Shown piece after piece: positions 18,877 to 28,701 of a DNA stretch of 64,000 bases; positions within the stretch are counted from its first letter, which is position 1, and each line of letters begins with the position of its first letter. The stretch is from Gammaproteobacteria bacterium. GTDB taxonomy: Bacteria; Pseudomonadota; Gammaproteobacteria; Eutrophobiales; Eutrophobiaceae. Under the pieces are notes generated by a model. It was not told the DNA's origin, searched no databases, and saw only the letters and a program-made list of their open reading frames with translations. The position numbers were made by a program, and so were the translations under genes. The DNA is taken from NCBI GenBank assembly GCA_965221695.1, contig OZ244905.1, positions 64,001 to 128,000 of the forward strand, written 5' to 3'.

Positions 18877-20460
18877 TCATGTATGAATCCCGGCTGCTTT
18901 TAGCTTATCAGTCAATGGTTGTAAATGCTTTTCGAACCCGCGCCACCTGGCGACAGAAGACCGGTACAGCGGTTCCCGGACTTGGCTGGCGCTGCCTGTC
19001 ATTGAGGCCTGTTCATTCAGATGAAACTCCAAGCATGCATCCTCCCAATCCAGTCCGAGATAAGCAAGTAAATCCCTTGTTGCCTTTTTCTGATCATTGA
19101 TTACTTCTTCATACTCGATTTCATACATCCAGCCAGGGGGAAGCGTCTCCCGCCAATGTGTCATCAACTTGTGGTGCTCGATATAATATTCGCCTAATTC
19201 ATGCAAATCATAGGAGAAGGGATAGGCATTCTTGAACAAGTATTTATACATGGCAAAACAACTGGCGACCGGATGACGTTTGACGTGCACAACTTTTGCA
19301 TTGGGCAAAGCAAGGTATATCAAACCGATGTATAGACTGTTCAATGGCAACTTATCGATGAACCTGGATGAACTCTTTATCTGCATCTCGACTGTGGTTG
19401 TATAATTTTTACCCAGGCTGTTCATATCTACCGTTAACGAAGCGTCAGGCAAATCAAGACGACCCGGCTGTATGCCTTTACGATCTGCGCAAACCAGTTT
19501 CAACAGTTCAATTGCAAAATGATTGAGCTCGCCAGCAGTGACAACCAGACTGTGTGACGATATTATGCGCTCGACCAGGGTTGAACCTGTGCGCGGGAGA
19601 CCCAATACAAAAACAGGGTTCGTTGAAGGATAACCCTGACCATTCGCCATCTTCAGCGCTTCGCTATTGAAAGCCTTGATGATCGCGTCAAAAATCCTGA
19701 TATCATCTTTCAAGTCATATTTCAGGTTGCGCCGTTTAAGCGTCGCGCCTCTCTCAAGATATTTGAACGACTCATCATACTCCTCCAGGTCTTCCAATTC
19801 TTTTGCCAGCGCATACGCTACCTGCACTGCTCCGCGCCAGTTTTTTACGCCCTGTTCCAGGCGCCCTTTTAATTCCTTTATATGGTTGTCAGATTCTGTT
19901 TGCCTTCGTAAAGAGGAACGAAGATTCAACATCTCATAATCATGAGGATCAACCTGCAAGGCCTTGTTACAAGCCTGCTCTGCATTGCCCAGATCGCCTA
20001 GAAAACGGTAAACAGAAGCCATTCCACGTTGTAATTCATTCCTGTCTGGTTCTATTGCTTCAGCATTTTTATAACAGTTGAGCGCCCCCAGGTGGTCATC
20101 ACAACGCACCAGGACAGAGGCCAGCATCAATTGATCATCAACAGAGCTCACTCCCGTATTTATTGCCAGGGTCGCGGAAGTTTTTGCCTCAGTAATCAAT
20201 CCGGCAAGAACAGCGCAACGAGCCCGCTGTACATGCCTCTTGGGATTAAGTCTATCCAGCTCCACTGCGCGGTTGATCTCGGTCCATGCATGTTGGATCT
20301 TGCCTTGGCGCAGAGATATCTCACTGGCTAACGCCCAAACGGATGCATTGGAATCCGGGCTTGATTTAAGCGCTGTAACAGCAGCTTCAGCAGACTGCAA
20401 GCGGCCTTGCCGCAGCAGCTCTGTAGCTGTCTGTAATGAATTAGTTGTTGCCATATTCAT
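18877..20460 (-). CDS. TPR-containing sulfotransferase
   Basis: N-terminal TPR-like helices; FVLGLPRTGSTL (5'-PSB), DKLPLN, KRHPVASC; start uncertain. Confidence 0.9.
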   Translation of the reverse strand: MNMATTNSLQTATELLRQGRLQSAEAAVTALKSSPDSNASVWALASEISLRQGKIQHAWTEINRAVELDRLNPKRHVQRARCAVLAGLITEAKTSATLAINTGVSSVDDQLMLASVLVRCDDHLGALNCYKNAEAIEPDRNELQRGMASVYRFLGDLGNAEQACNKALQVDPHDYEMLNLRSSLRRQTESDNHIKELKGRLEQGVKNWRGAVQVAYALAKELEDLEEYDESFKYLERGATLKRRNLKYDLKDDIRIFDAIIKAFNSEALKMANGQGYPSTNPVFVLGLPRTGSTLVERIISSHSLVVTAGELNHFAIELLKLVCADRKGIQPGRLDLPDASLTVDMNSLGKNYTTTVEMQIKSSSRFIDKLPLNSLYIGLIYLALPNAKVVHVKRHPVASCFAMYKYLFKNAYPFSYDLHELGEYYIEHHKLMTHWRETLPPGWMYEIEYEEVINDQKKATRDLLAYLGLDWEDACLEFHLNEQASMTGSASQVREPLYRSSVARWRGFEKHLQPLTDKLKAAGIHT

Positions 20461-20588
20461 TAAACAATGCGGGCAAGCCTTCTGAGGGGCGTGGTTGTAT
20501 CGCACAGCAACACGTTGACTGCTGACCCAGCAAAAGGGCCAACAACCGCACAGATATACAATTACTCAGGCTGAGCGCTGAGCGAGCA

Positions 20589-22985
20589 TTATTTTCCGTA
20601 ATGCCAGTTAATTCGCACACCGAAGGTCTGTGGTTTGATAACTCCGTGCCCTTGATCTGACGCGCCGAAAAATTCTGCGCTCGATACGATGGTGCTGCCA
20701 CGAGTATTGGTCAGGTTTTCTGCAAACGCCGTCACGCGATAATTGTCTTTTTGCCAGGATAGAGAAGCATTCCAGACAGCAAATCCACTGAACTTCACGA
20801 AATTATCCGTTACCAGAGTAGGATGGTCGACAAAAGCGCTGTTTGCATTGCTACGATAAGCCAGGTCCGTATGAAAAACAATCTTTGAATCCGGTAACAA
20901 ATGTTCATAGTTGAGACCAGCGAACAACATATGTTTGGACGCTCCCGGCAATGTTGTTCCATCCGGCACCTCTGTCTCGGGGTCACCTGTACGCTGATTG
21001 AAAGGATCAGTGGTTTCAGCATCCGTGTACGTATAACTAAACCCGAATGATACCTGTTCAGATAAATAGCCATTCAATTCCAACTCAACTCCCCGCGAAC
21101 GCGCGCCAGGCACATTATCGACAAAGGCAATACCAAACGGTGATGACAATGTTGTTTGAAAATTCTGCCAGTCTACCCAGAATGCCGTCACTGTATAATT
21201 TAGCCGGTTGTTCAAGTTTCCCTTGGCCCCTATTTCAAAGTTCTCGGCATCATCTGAGTCAAATCGAAGAATTTCAGAATTATCATTGCCGAATACATCC
21301 GTTTCAGGCAACTGGTTTGCGCCACCTGCGCGAAAACCCTGGGACCAGGTGAAAAAAGCCAGCATATCATCAGTTACTTCGTAAGAGGTATTGACTTTGA
21401 AAATTTCATCAGACACTTCGTTTTCTGTAGGATTGATGCCGCCCAGCAGAAAATCATCGGTTGCCGTCCCGTAATAAAAAAACTCTAATGTGCGGGAAGC
21501 AAATGGCAACGGGATACCTGAACTGCCCTCGAGATCCTGTTTGAAGATTCGCACTCCCCCGGTCACCTGCCAACGTTCAGTGATATTCCAGGTCAGCTCA
21601 CCGAACACTGCTTGATCAGTAAATTCCTGTTCGGTTCCACCGGTTGCCAGGGTATCAGTGAAATTCAAGGGAGGATTTAAGCCGAAATAGGCATTGGTAT
21701 AGTCATTTACGCCAAACAGGGGTTGATACAGGTCGAAATCCAGATCGTTCTCCAGGTAGAACGCGCCGACAACCCATTCAAATTTCCCTTCGTGTTGGGA
21801 AACCAGACGAATTTCCTGTGTGAAAGTCTGTATATTCTGACGCCGGAAAATCGGCGAGATGATACGTGGCAAACCAAAATAATACTGGGGAATATTCGTG
21901 CGCAAAAAACCCGAGGACTCGGAAATACTGTCAAGAGTTATTTCAGAATAGCCGCTGGTGGAAGTCAATCTTGCAAAACCCAGGTCAAATTCAACATCGA
22001 TGTTCCCAAGCTGAATGGAAGCATCCTGCGGGTCGGTAAATGCCTTGTAGGTAACGTATTCATCACCAGCGCCATAATATGGATTATCTTCGTAGCGACT
22101 GTCTACCTTGGTATCCTGGTAGTGATAATTGAAATTCGCCTCTATCCGGTCATTGGGAACAAACCGTAAGCTGGCGCGAGCAAATGTCACTTCACCATCA
22201 TTCGCGTCTTCTTTGGGAGAAGCCTTGGCCGCGGGACTGCCCAGGATATCAGACGGGTCTGCCAGAATTACCGCCCCTGGATTGCGCTCGGTCCCGGTAT
22301 GTTGCACCAGTCCTTCAGCGTCGATAAAACCGACGATCTGCTCATGTCCGACCGAACCTCGAAATGCCAGGTTATCACTTATCGGCACATTCACCGTCAA
22401 GTACCCTTCATAACCTACGTCATCAGACTTCTTGGTAAAAGAGCTTTCAGCATTAACGTCCAGACTGAAACTATCGAAATCCGCTTTGTTCGGAATGAAA
22501 CGAACAGTGCCGCCCACGGAACCTGAACCGTAAAGCGTGCCTTGCGGACCGCGTAAAACTTCTACTCGATCAAGATCGACCAGTTTTATCGGGTAGAACA
22601 CCGGGGTCTCACCGACATAGGTGGAAACTGTGGACTGACCGATGCGGGGATTATCATCTTCATTACCGGCTGCATTGGCATTCAGCCCACGTATATTAAA
22701 ATTGTTGCGGTTGCCGGATACTCGCGGCCCTTCATCAAATGTGCTTAGTCCCGGGACCATACGAATCATCGCAGAAATATCATTAACACCTGCAACTTCT
22801 AGTTGTTCTGCTGACAAGGCGGTAATATTGTAGGGAACATCCAGAATTGCTTCCTCCCTACGATTGGCAGTAACCACCACTTCTTCCAGTATCGCTCCTG
22901 AATTTGTCTCCTGTGCAGGAACAACATTGGACTGCAGCGCCAGGCCAATAGCGATACTGAGCGGTTTACGCATGGGTATCTTCAT
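20589..22985 (-). CDS. TonB-dependent receptor
   Basis: LEEVVVTANRR, EVLRGPQGTLYGSGSVGG, beta-barrel C-terminus. Confidence 0.95.
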   Translation of the reverse strand: MKIPMRKPLSIAIGLALQSNVVPAQETNSGAILEEVVVTANRREEAILDVPYNITALSAEQLEVAGVNDISAMIRMVPGLSTFDEGPRVSGNRNNFNIRGLNANAAGNEDDNPRIGQSTVSTYVGETPVFYPIKLVDLDRVEVLRGPQGTLYGSGSVGGTVRFIPNKADFDSFSLDVNAESSFTKKSDDVGYEGYLTVNVPISDNLAFRGSVGHEQIVGFIDAEGLVQHTGTERNPGAVILADPSDILGSPAAKASPKEDANDGEVTFARASLRFVPNDRIEANFNYHYQDTKVDSRYEDNPYYGAGDEYVTYKAFTDPQDASIQLGNIDVEFDLGFARLTSTSGYSEITLDSISESSGFLRTNIPQYYFGLPRIISPIFRRQNIQTFTQEIRLVSQHEGKFEWVVGAFYLENDLDFDLYQPLFGVNDYTNAYFGLNPPLNFTDTLATGGTEQEFTDQAVFGELTWNITERWQVTGGVRIFKQDLEGSSGIPLPFASRTLEFFYYGTATDDFLLGGINPTENEVSDEIFKVNTSYEVTDDMLAFFTWSQGFRAGGANQLPETDVFGNDNSEILRFDSDDAENFEIGAKGNLNNRLNYTVTAFWVDWQNFQTTLSSPFGIAFVDNVPGARSRGVELELNGYLSEQVSFGFSYTYTDAETTDPFNQRTGDPETEVPDGTTLPGASKHMLFAGLNYEHLLPDSKIVFHTDLAYRSNANSAFVDHPTLVTDNFVKFSGFAVWNASLSWQKDNYRVTAFAENLTNTRGSTIVSSAEFFGASDQGHGVIKPQTFGVRINWHYGK

Positions 22986-23104
22986 TATTTTATTCCCCCT
23001 TTGTACAACTAAATGGTCAATAAGAACAACAAAACATAATTATCCTTCTTACACCCTGTTGTAAATCACAAAACGATAAACCTGGCTTTGCAGATTTACA
23101 AACT

Positions 23105-23123
23105 ACCTCTGATTAAGTCAGAG
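23105..23123. repeat. Degenerate TIR-only palindrome of the MITE
   Basis: ACCTCTGATTAAGTCAGAG. Confidence 0.6.
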
Positions 23124-23190
23124 CTTACCTGGCAAATAATATATTCCTCTCATAAGCTCCAAGAATATATGCGTATTTTATAAGGTTAAG

Positions 23191-23341
23191 GGAAACTCCG
23201 ATTAGGTCAGAGTTTCCTGCGATACAGGGATGTATCGCCAAATTCAATGACGATAAGTCATTGAATTTGAGAGCAAAACAAAAATCGCATTTTTGTTGTG
23301 CGTGCTCTGACAAGTCCAGGATGGACTTGTTCAGAGCTTCC
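23191..23341 (+). mobile_element. 151-bp MITE, variant copy
   Basis: GGAAACTCCGA...TCAGAGCTTCC flanked by TAAG/TAAG; five hairpins with compensatory changes relative to the other copies. Confidence 0.88.
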
Positions 23342-23403
23342 TAAGATAATATAAGCGGCTTAACCAGGGCAAAACATGGCTCTTGTTTCCGCAATCAGTA
23401 GTT

Positions 23404-24348
23404 ATGACACGATTTGATAACGTGCTCGGACAAATACACAATATCGATATCAAGCTTTTACGTATTTTTCATACGATCGTAAAATGTGGAGGCTTTTCGC
23501 TTGCACAGGCCCAACTCAACCTCAGCCAGTCGGCTATTAGCACGTATATGTCGCAACTTGAAATCCGGTTGGGAATGCGGCTTTGCGAGCGTGGTCATGG
23601 TGTATTCAAATTGACCGATGAAGGTCGCGCAGTATTAGTGGCAACCGAAAAGTTATTTTCAGCTCTGGAGAGTTTCCAGAACGAGGTGACCGAATCACAG
23701 AATAAATTACTGGGTGAATTGCGTATCGGATTTATCGATAACAGCGTGACTCATCCTGATGGACGCATCTGCAAAGCAATAAGAAACTTTATCGAACGTG
23801 CGCCGGACGCACATATCAAGGTCTACATAGGTGGCGCTATTGAACTTGAAGAACAGGTTATGGATGGTAGCTTGCAACTCGCAATCGGATTGTTCCACCA
23901 TCGTTTGCCAAGCCTGGAATATAGTTTTCTTTTTGAAGAAGAACATCTGCTCTATTGCGGCTACGAGCATCCTTTTTATTCCTGTAGTGATTCCGAATTA
24001 ACGCCAGACATTATTGCCAACGCAAATTATGTTAGTTGGGATTACGTGGAGTCTCTACCGGGATGGGAACCACCGTTTTCTTTTCATGACGTCGCTTCTT
24101 CTCCGTATATTGAAGGTATTGCGTTTTTGATCCTCTCGGGTAGGTATGTGGCTTTCCTGCCTACTCACTATGCAGGTTTCTGGACGGAGAAAAACCAGAT
24201 GCGTCCAATTTTGCCCGAGAAGACCAGGCGGACGACACCCTTCCACCTCATTACCAATAAATCTACCAGCAAGTCTCAATTATGCCGAACTTTTCTGGAA
24301 GCGTTGGGGAATCTTTCCAGTATTCCCGGGGACCATAAAGTTCAGTAA
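23404..24348 (+). CDS. LysR family transcriptional regulator
   Basis: DIKLLRIF..IVKCGGFSLAQAQLNLSQSAIS HTH; LTDEG; substrate-binding domain. Confidence 0.93.
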   Translation: MTRFDNVLGQIHNIDIKLLRIFHTIVKCGGFSLAQAQLNLSQSAISTYMSQLEIRLGMRLCERGHGVFKLTDEGRAVLVATEKLFSALESFQNEVTESQNKLLGELRIGFIDNSVTHPDGRICKAIRNFIERAPDAHIKVYIGGAIELEEQVMDGSLQLAIGLFHHRLPSLEYSFLFEEEHLLYCGYEHPFYSCSDSELTPDIIANANYVSWDYVESLPGWEPPFSFHDVASSPYIEGIAFLILSGRYVAFLPTHYAGFWTEKNQMRPILPEKTRRTTPFHLITNKSTSKSQLCRTFLEALGNLSSIPGDHKVQ

Positions 24349-24436
24349 ACATGAATGCTGGTTTCAATCCTTTTTGATAGTGAAGCGCGATGAAATGTAT
24401 AGAATGTATTTGACAGGCCAGTACTAGAGCCCGCAA

Positions 24437-24715
24437 GTGCAAATAGATTATTTATATAACGTAATTGGAAGTATCGGTGTAATTTTGATAGTCGGATCAT
24501 ATCTGCTGTTAACCATACACCGCCTGTCATCCACGGACCTCATCTACTCCGTACTGAACGCGGCAGGAGCAACTATGATCATCTTGTCATTGCTGCATAA
24601 TTTCAATCTGGCCGCATTTTTAATCGAACTTTTTTGGCTGGTTATAAGCATAATTGGTATTGTGCTCGCGCTTAAGGCAAGGATGAATTCCCAAAGTAAA
24701 AACTTGCAAACCTGA
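24437..24715 (+). CDS. Small membrane protein (CBU_0592-like)
   Basis: 92 aa, three TM segments, IG.IGV.LI..SY and LIELFW..IS motifs. Confidence 0.75.
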   Translation: MQIDYLYNVIGSIGVILIVGSYLLLTIHRLSSTDLIYSVLNAAGATMIILSLLHNFNLAAFLIELFWLVISIIGIVLALKARMNSQSKNLQT

Positions 24716-24739
24716 CTCTCTTGGAATTTGTCGTCAGAC

Positions 24740-25966
24740 GTGGCATCCACACTTTTTATCAACGCAAACCTGTTTGATGGCGAACTGAATGAACTCAAGG
24801 AGGGGTATCATGTTCTTGTTGAAGGGGCGAACATTCGCGAAGTTTCTGACAAGCCGATAAATTCATCTGCTGCGCAGGTCATCAATGTCAAGAGCAGGAC
24901 ACTGATGCCTGGATTGATCGATGCGCATGTTCACGTAACCGATCACGATGTATCACCTGCCGCACTCCTTAAATTGCCGCCATCATGGGTAGCGCTTAAA
25001 GCGGCGCAACTGATGCAAAAAATGTTAATGCGCGGTTTTACCTCGATACGCGATGCCGCTGGCGCCGACCACGGTCTGGCAAGCGCGGTGGAAGAGGATT
25101 TGATTATCGGACCCAGGCTGTTTCACTGCGGTCGCGGCCTCAGTCAAACCGGAGGTCATGGAGACTTTCGAGAACCCGGCGACGACACAGATCCATGCCG
25201 CTGTGGCGGTAAAGGTATGACAATTATTGCCGATGGCGTTGACGCGGTGAGGAAAGCTGCTCGGGATGAACTGCGCAAAGGCGCTCATGCAATAAAGATA
25301 ATGGCTTCAGGAGGCGTTACATCTCCTACCGACCCGCTGATGAGCATACAATATTCGGCAGATGAAATACGGGCTGTCGTTGAAGAAGCAAAACACCACG
25401 GAACTTATGTAATGGCCCATGCCTACGGTAATGATGCAATCAGCAGAGCGCTGGATTGCGGTGTTCGTTCCATAGAACACGCCAATTTTATTGAATTGGA
25501 AACGGCCGCAGCCGCGACCCGCTTGAACGCTTATGTCATCCCTACCCTGGTAACTTATAACGCGATGATAAGCCGCGGAACAGAAATCGGCCTGCCCGAT
25601 TACAGTAGGAAAAAAGTCGTTGAAGTGCAGCAGGCCGGCCTGAAAAGCCTGGAATATTTACTGGAAGCGGGGACAAATACCGGGTTCGGAACAGATTTGT
25701 TCGGGCCTTTACACGATATGCAATCGTATGAATTTCAAATTCGCGCAGAAATCCTAACGCCATTTGAGATACTGAAATCTGCAACGAGAACCAATGCGGA
25801 ACTACTGAATATGCGAGATAAACTCGGCTGCATAAAACCCGGCGCCCTGGCTGATATGCTGATCATTAAAGGCAACCCATTGCGTAATATATCTGTTCTC
25901 CAACAACCGGAGACCGCTATAACCCATATTATGAAATCAGGCAGATTTTACAAGCGTTCGGACTGA
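24740..25966 (+). CDS. Metal-dependent amidohydrolase (Xaa-Pro dipeptidase-like)
   Basis: PGLIDAHVH, IKIMASGG, AHAYG, SIEHA, GTDL; GTG start assumed. Confidence 0.9.
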   Translation: MASTLFINANLFDGELNELKEGYHVLVEGANIREVSDKPINSSAAQVINVKSRTLMPGLIDAHVHVTDHDVSPAALLKLPPSWVALKAAQLMQKMLMRGFTSIRDAAGADHGLASAVEEDLIIGPRLFHCGRGLSQTGGHGDFREPGDDTDPCRCGGKGMTIIADGVDAVRKAARDELRKGAHAIKIMASGGVTSPTDPLMSIQYSADEIRAVVEEAKHHGTYVMAHAYGNDAISRALDCGVRSIEHANFIELETAAAATRLNAYVIPTLVTYNAMISRGTEIGLPDYSRKKVVEVQQAGLKSLEYLLEAGTNTGFGTDLFGPLHDMQSYEFQIRAEILTPFEILKSATRTNAELLNMRDKLGCIKPGALADMLIIKGNPLRNISVLQQPETAITHIMKSGRFYKRSD

Positions 25967-25985
25967 CCTGAAAAGATAATATCTG

Positions 25986-27527
25986 ATGCGACGAATAGGA
26001 ATTGACGTCGGAAGCACCCATACTGACGCCGTAATCATGGATGGTCCGGATATTATCGCCACCTGTAAAGCGCCGACCAGTCCAGATATAGCGACCGGCA
26101 TTGTCGCGGCAGCGACGACAGCTTTATCTGCTTCCCGGATGTCGCGAGCGACTATTGCTGGTGTCATGATTGGCACAACCCAATTTACCAATGCCATAGT
26201 ACAACGATGTGGTTTGTCAAAGGTGGCTGCAATGCGCATAGGCGCACAATCAACCTCGGCGCTACCGCCTTTTTACGATTGGCCACCTGACCTCAAAGAG
26301 ACAATACAAGGAGATGTTTACATGATAAACGGTGGTCATGAATTTACAGGCAAACCCCTGGCCGTTTTTGACCTGCAAGCATTCTATGCGGCTTGTGACA
26401 GTATCACGCAAGCCGGTCTCGACTCACTTTCCGTTTGTAGCGTGTTCGCTTCGGTCAACCCGGAGACCGAGCTTTGGATAAGGCAGCAGGCTACAGAAAA
26501 ACGGTTGGTTCGATATGTTTCAGTTTCCAATGAACTAGGTGGCACAGGCATCTATCACCGGGAAAATGCTACATTGCTGAATGCCGCATTGATGCCATTG
26601 GCTGCAAATGTTCTGCAAGCATATCGCGCGGCCTTCAAGGACCTGGGTCTGTCAGCAAAACTGTTTCTTACCCAGAATGACGGCACCCTGATGGAAGCTG
26701 AGTTTGCCGCGCGTTATCCGGCGTTGACAATTTCTTCCGGACCAACCAATTCCATGCGTGGCGCCGCGTATCTTTCTGGAGAGGACAATGCCATGGTCGT
26801 TGATGTAGGGGGAACTACCAGCGATGTCGGTATGCTAATGAACGGCTTTCCCCGCCGTTCTGGAATTGAGGTGGAGCTCGGCGGGGTACTGACCAACTTT
26901 CGCATGCCGGATGTGTTGGCGATCGGGCTGGGAGGAGGAAGTCTTGTCACAGAACAGGGAAGCAAACTGGGACCTGCATCAGTCGGTCACGACTTGATGA
27001 CAAAAGCAATATGTTTTGCTGGGAATGTGTTGACTGCCACGGATATTGCCTGTGCTGCCGGATCTATGGACTTCGGCCAGGCAAACCTGTTGGTGGACCT
27101 GGATACAGCCACGCTGACTGCGGCCATGTCTACAATGTTTGACATGTATAGCAACGTAGTTGATCGCATGAAGACCAGCCCGGATTCTCTCCCACTGATA
27201 GTTGTTGGCGGTGGCAGTTTTCTTGTCCCGGACAATCTTCCCGGGATCACAAAAATCATCCGGCCCGAGTACGCGGACGTAGCCAATGCTGTTGGCGCAG
27301 CCATTGGTAAAATCGGCGGTGAAGCTGAAATTGTCTATTCCCGCGCTAATCAGGAACGCGCCGCTGCCCACGATCAAGTACGAAACCAGGCAATAGAACG
27401 AGCAATTGCAGCAGGCGCGGATAAAACCACCATTGAGATCACAGAGATGGATGAAATACCAATCAGCTATCTGGAAGATCCGGTTGTAAGGTTACGAGCA
27501 AAAGCCGCGGGCGAGATGCAATTATGA
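25986..27527 (+). CDS. Hydantoinase A/oxoprolinase family protein (DUF917-associated type)
   Basis: IGIDVGSTHTD, IGTTQFTNA, QNDGTL, SGPTNSMRGA, DVGGTTSDVG. Confidence 0.92.
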   Translation: MRRIGIDVGSTHTDAVIMDGPDIIATCKAPTSPDIATGIVAAATTALSASRMSRATIAGVMIGTTQFTNAIVQRCGLSKVAAMRIGAQSTSALPPFYDWPPDLKETIQGDVYMINGGHEFTGKPLAVFDLQAFYAACDSITQAGLDSLSVCSVFASVNPETELWIRQQATEKRLVRYVSVSNELGGTGIYHRENATLLNAALMPLAANVLQAYRAAFKDLGLSAKLFLTQNDGTLMEAEFAARYPALTISSGPTNSMRGAAYLSGEDNAMVVDVGGTTSDVGMLMNGFPRRSGIEVELGGVLTNFRMPDVLAIGLGGGSLVTEQGSKLGPASVGHDLMTKAICFAGNVLTATDIACAAGSMDFGQANLLVDLDTATLTAAMSTMFDMYSNVVDRMKTSPDSLPLIVVGGGSFLVPDNLPGITKIIRPEYADVANAVGAAIGKIGGEAEIVYSRANQERAAAHDQVRNQAIERAIAAGADKTTIEITEMDEIPISYLEDPVVRLRAKAAGEMQL

Positions 27528-27566
27528 ATTATGGCGAGTTATCCACAACAGACGAAAGAAGATACC

Positions 27567-28661
27567 ATGAATATCACCGATAATGATATTGCGGATATCG
27601 CCCTTGGCGGCGCTTTTCTTGCTTGTGGGGGTGGAGGTGATGTTTTGGTCGGCCGGATGATAACCGAACGGATTTTGCGGAAACACGGAGATGTTTGCTT
27701 GCTTCCACTCCATGAAATAGCCGATGATGCGACGGTCATTGCCGTGGGAGGGGTTGGAGCGCCATCTATCATGAACGAGAAAGTGTCTAATGGGTCTGAA
27801 GCAGTGATGGCGCTGAGCTTGCTAGAAGAATACATAGGACGCAAAGCAGAAGCGCTGATTGCGTTTGAGGCGGGAGGTTTCAATTCGCTGGTCCCTGTCA
27901 TGATTGCATCACAATTGAAATTACCGGTACTGGATGCGGACGGCATGGGGCGCGCATTTCCTGAAATGCAGATGGAAACTTTCAGTATCTATGGTGTTTC
28001 GGCAACACCACTGACACTGGTCGGTAATGAAGGCAATAATGTCATCATGAATATGGCTGATGCGAGCACGGCCGAGAAACTGGTACGGCAGTTTACCATT
28101 CTTGGAGGCGGTGGCGCCTGTTACAGCGCGGAACATATCATGGATGGGAAGACCGTCAAGCGGGTGGCTGTTCCCGGCACGATAAGCCTGAGTTTACAAT
28201 TGGGCCGTTGCTTGCGGAAAAATCATGGAGATATTGACAACTTCCTGCAGGAATTGGAGGAGATTTTACAACCGTCCCATTATGGTAAACCACATATTCT
28301 GTTTACAGGCAAGGTCATTGATGTAGATCGCCAGGTAGAGGGAGGTTATGACGTCGGAATAGTCACTCTGGTTGAATTCGGCGTTGGCGGAAAAACATTG
28401 AAAATCGATGTGCAGAACGAATTCCTGACTGCCATCTCAGAAGAGAAAATCCTGGCCACAGCGCCCGACCTGGTTTGTATGTTGGATAGCGATACAGTCC
28501 AGCCAATCACACAGGAAACTCTGCGTTATGGACAACGCGTAACGGTTATAGCTGTTACCGCCCCGGAAATCCTGCAGACTGAACAAGCGCTTGAAGTGGT
28601 CGGACCCAGATGTTTTGGTATCGATCTTGAGTATATACCTGTAGAGCAGCGGCTTAAATAG
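27567..28661 (+). CDS. DUF917 family protein (thiohydantoin desulfurase-like)
   Basis: GGAFLACGGGG, GAPS, EAGGFNS, DADGMGRAFPEMQM, QNE, PDL, LRYGQRV, GPRCFG. Confidence 0.88.
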   Translation: MNITDNDIADIALGGAFLACGGGGDVLVGRMITERILRKHGDVCLLPLHEIADDATVIAVGGVGAPSIMNEKVSNGSEAVMALSLLEEYIGRKAEALIAFEAGGFNSLVPVMIASQLKLPVLDADGMGRAFPEMQMETFSIYGVSATPLTLVGNEGNNVIMNMADASTAEKLVRQFTILGGGGACYSAEHIMDGKTVKRVAVPGTISLSLQLGRCLRKNHGDIDNFLQELEEILQPSHYGKPHILFTGKVIDVDRQVEGGYDVGIVTLVEFGVGGKTLKIDVQNEFLTAISEEKILATAPDLVCMLDSDTVQPITQETLRYGQRVTVIAVTAPEILQTEQALEVVGPRCFGIDLEYIPVEQRLK

Positions 28662-28701
28662 GGAAAATTGAAAAGTCAATCCCATATATCCGGGTATTGC
28701 G

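Noticed and set aside
24713-24740. In-frame TGA between the small membrane protein and the amidohydrolase as a Sec site
   Set aside because: No redox or Cys-type motif, both are complete standalone families, and no convincing SECIS
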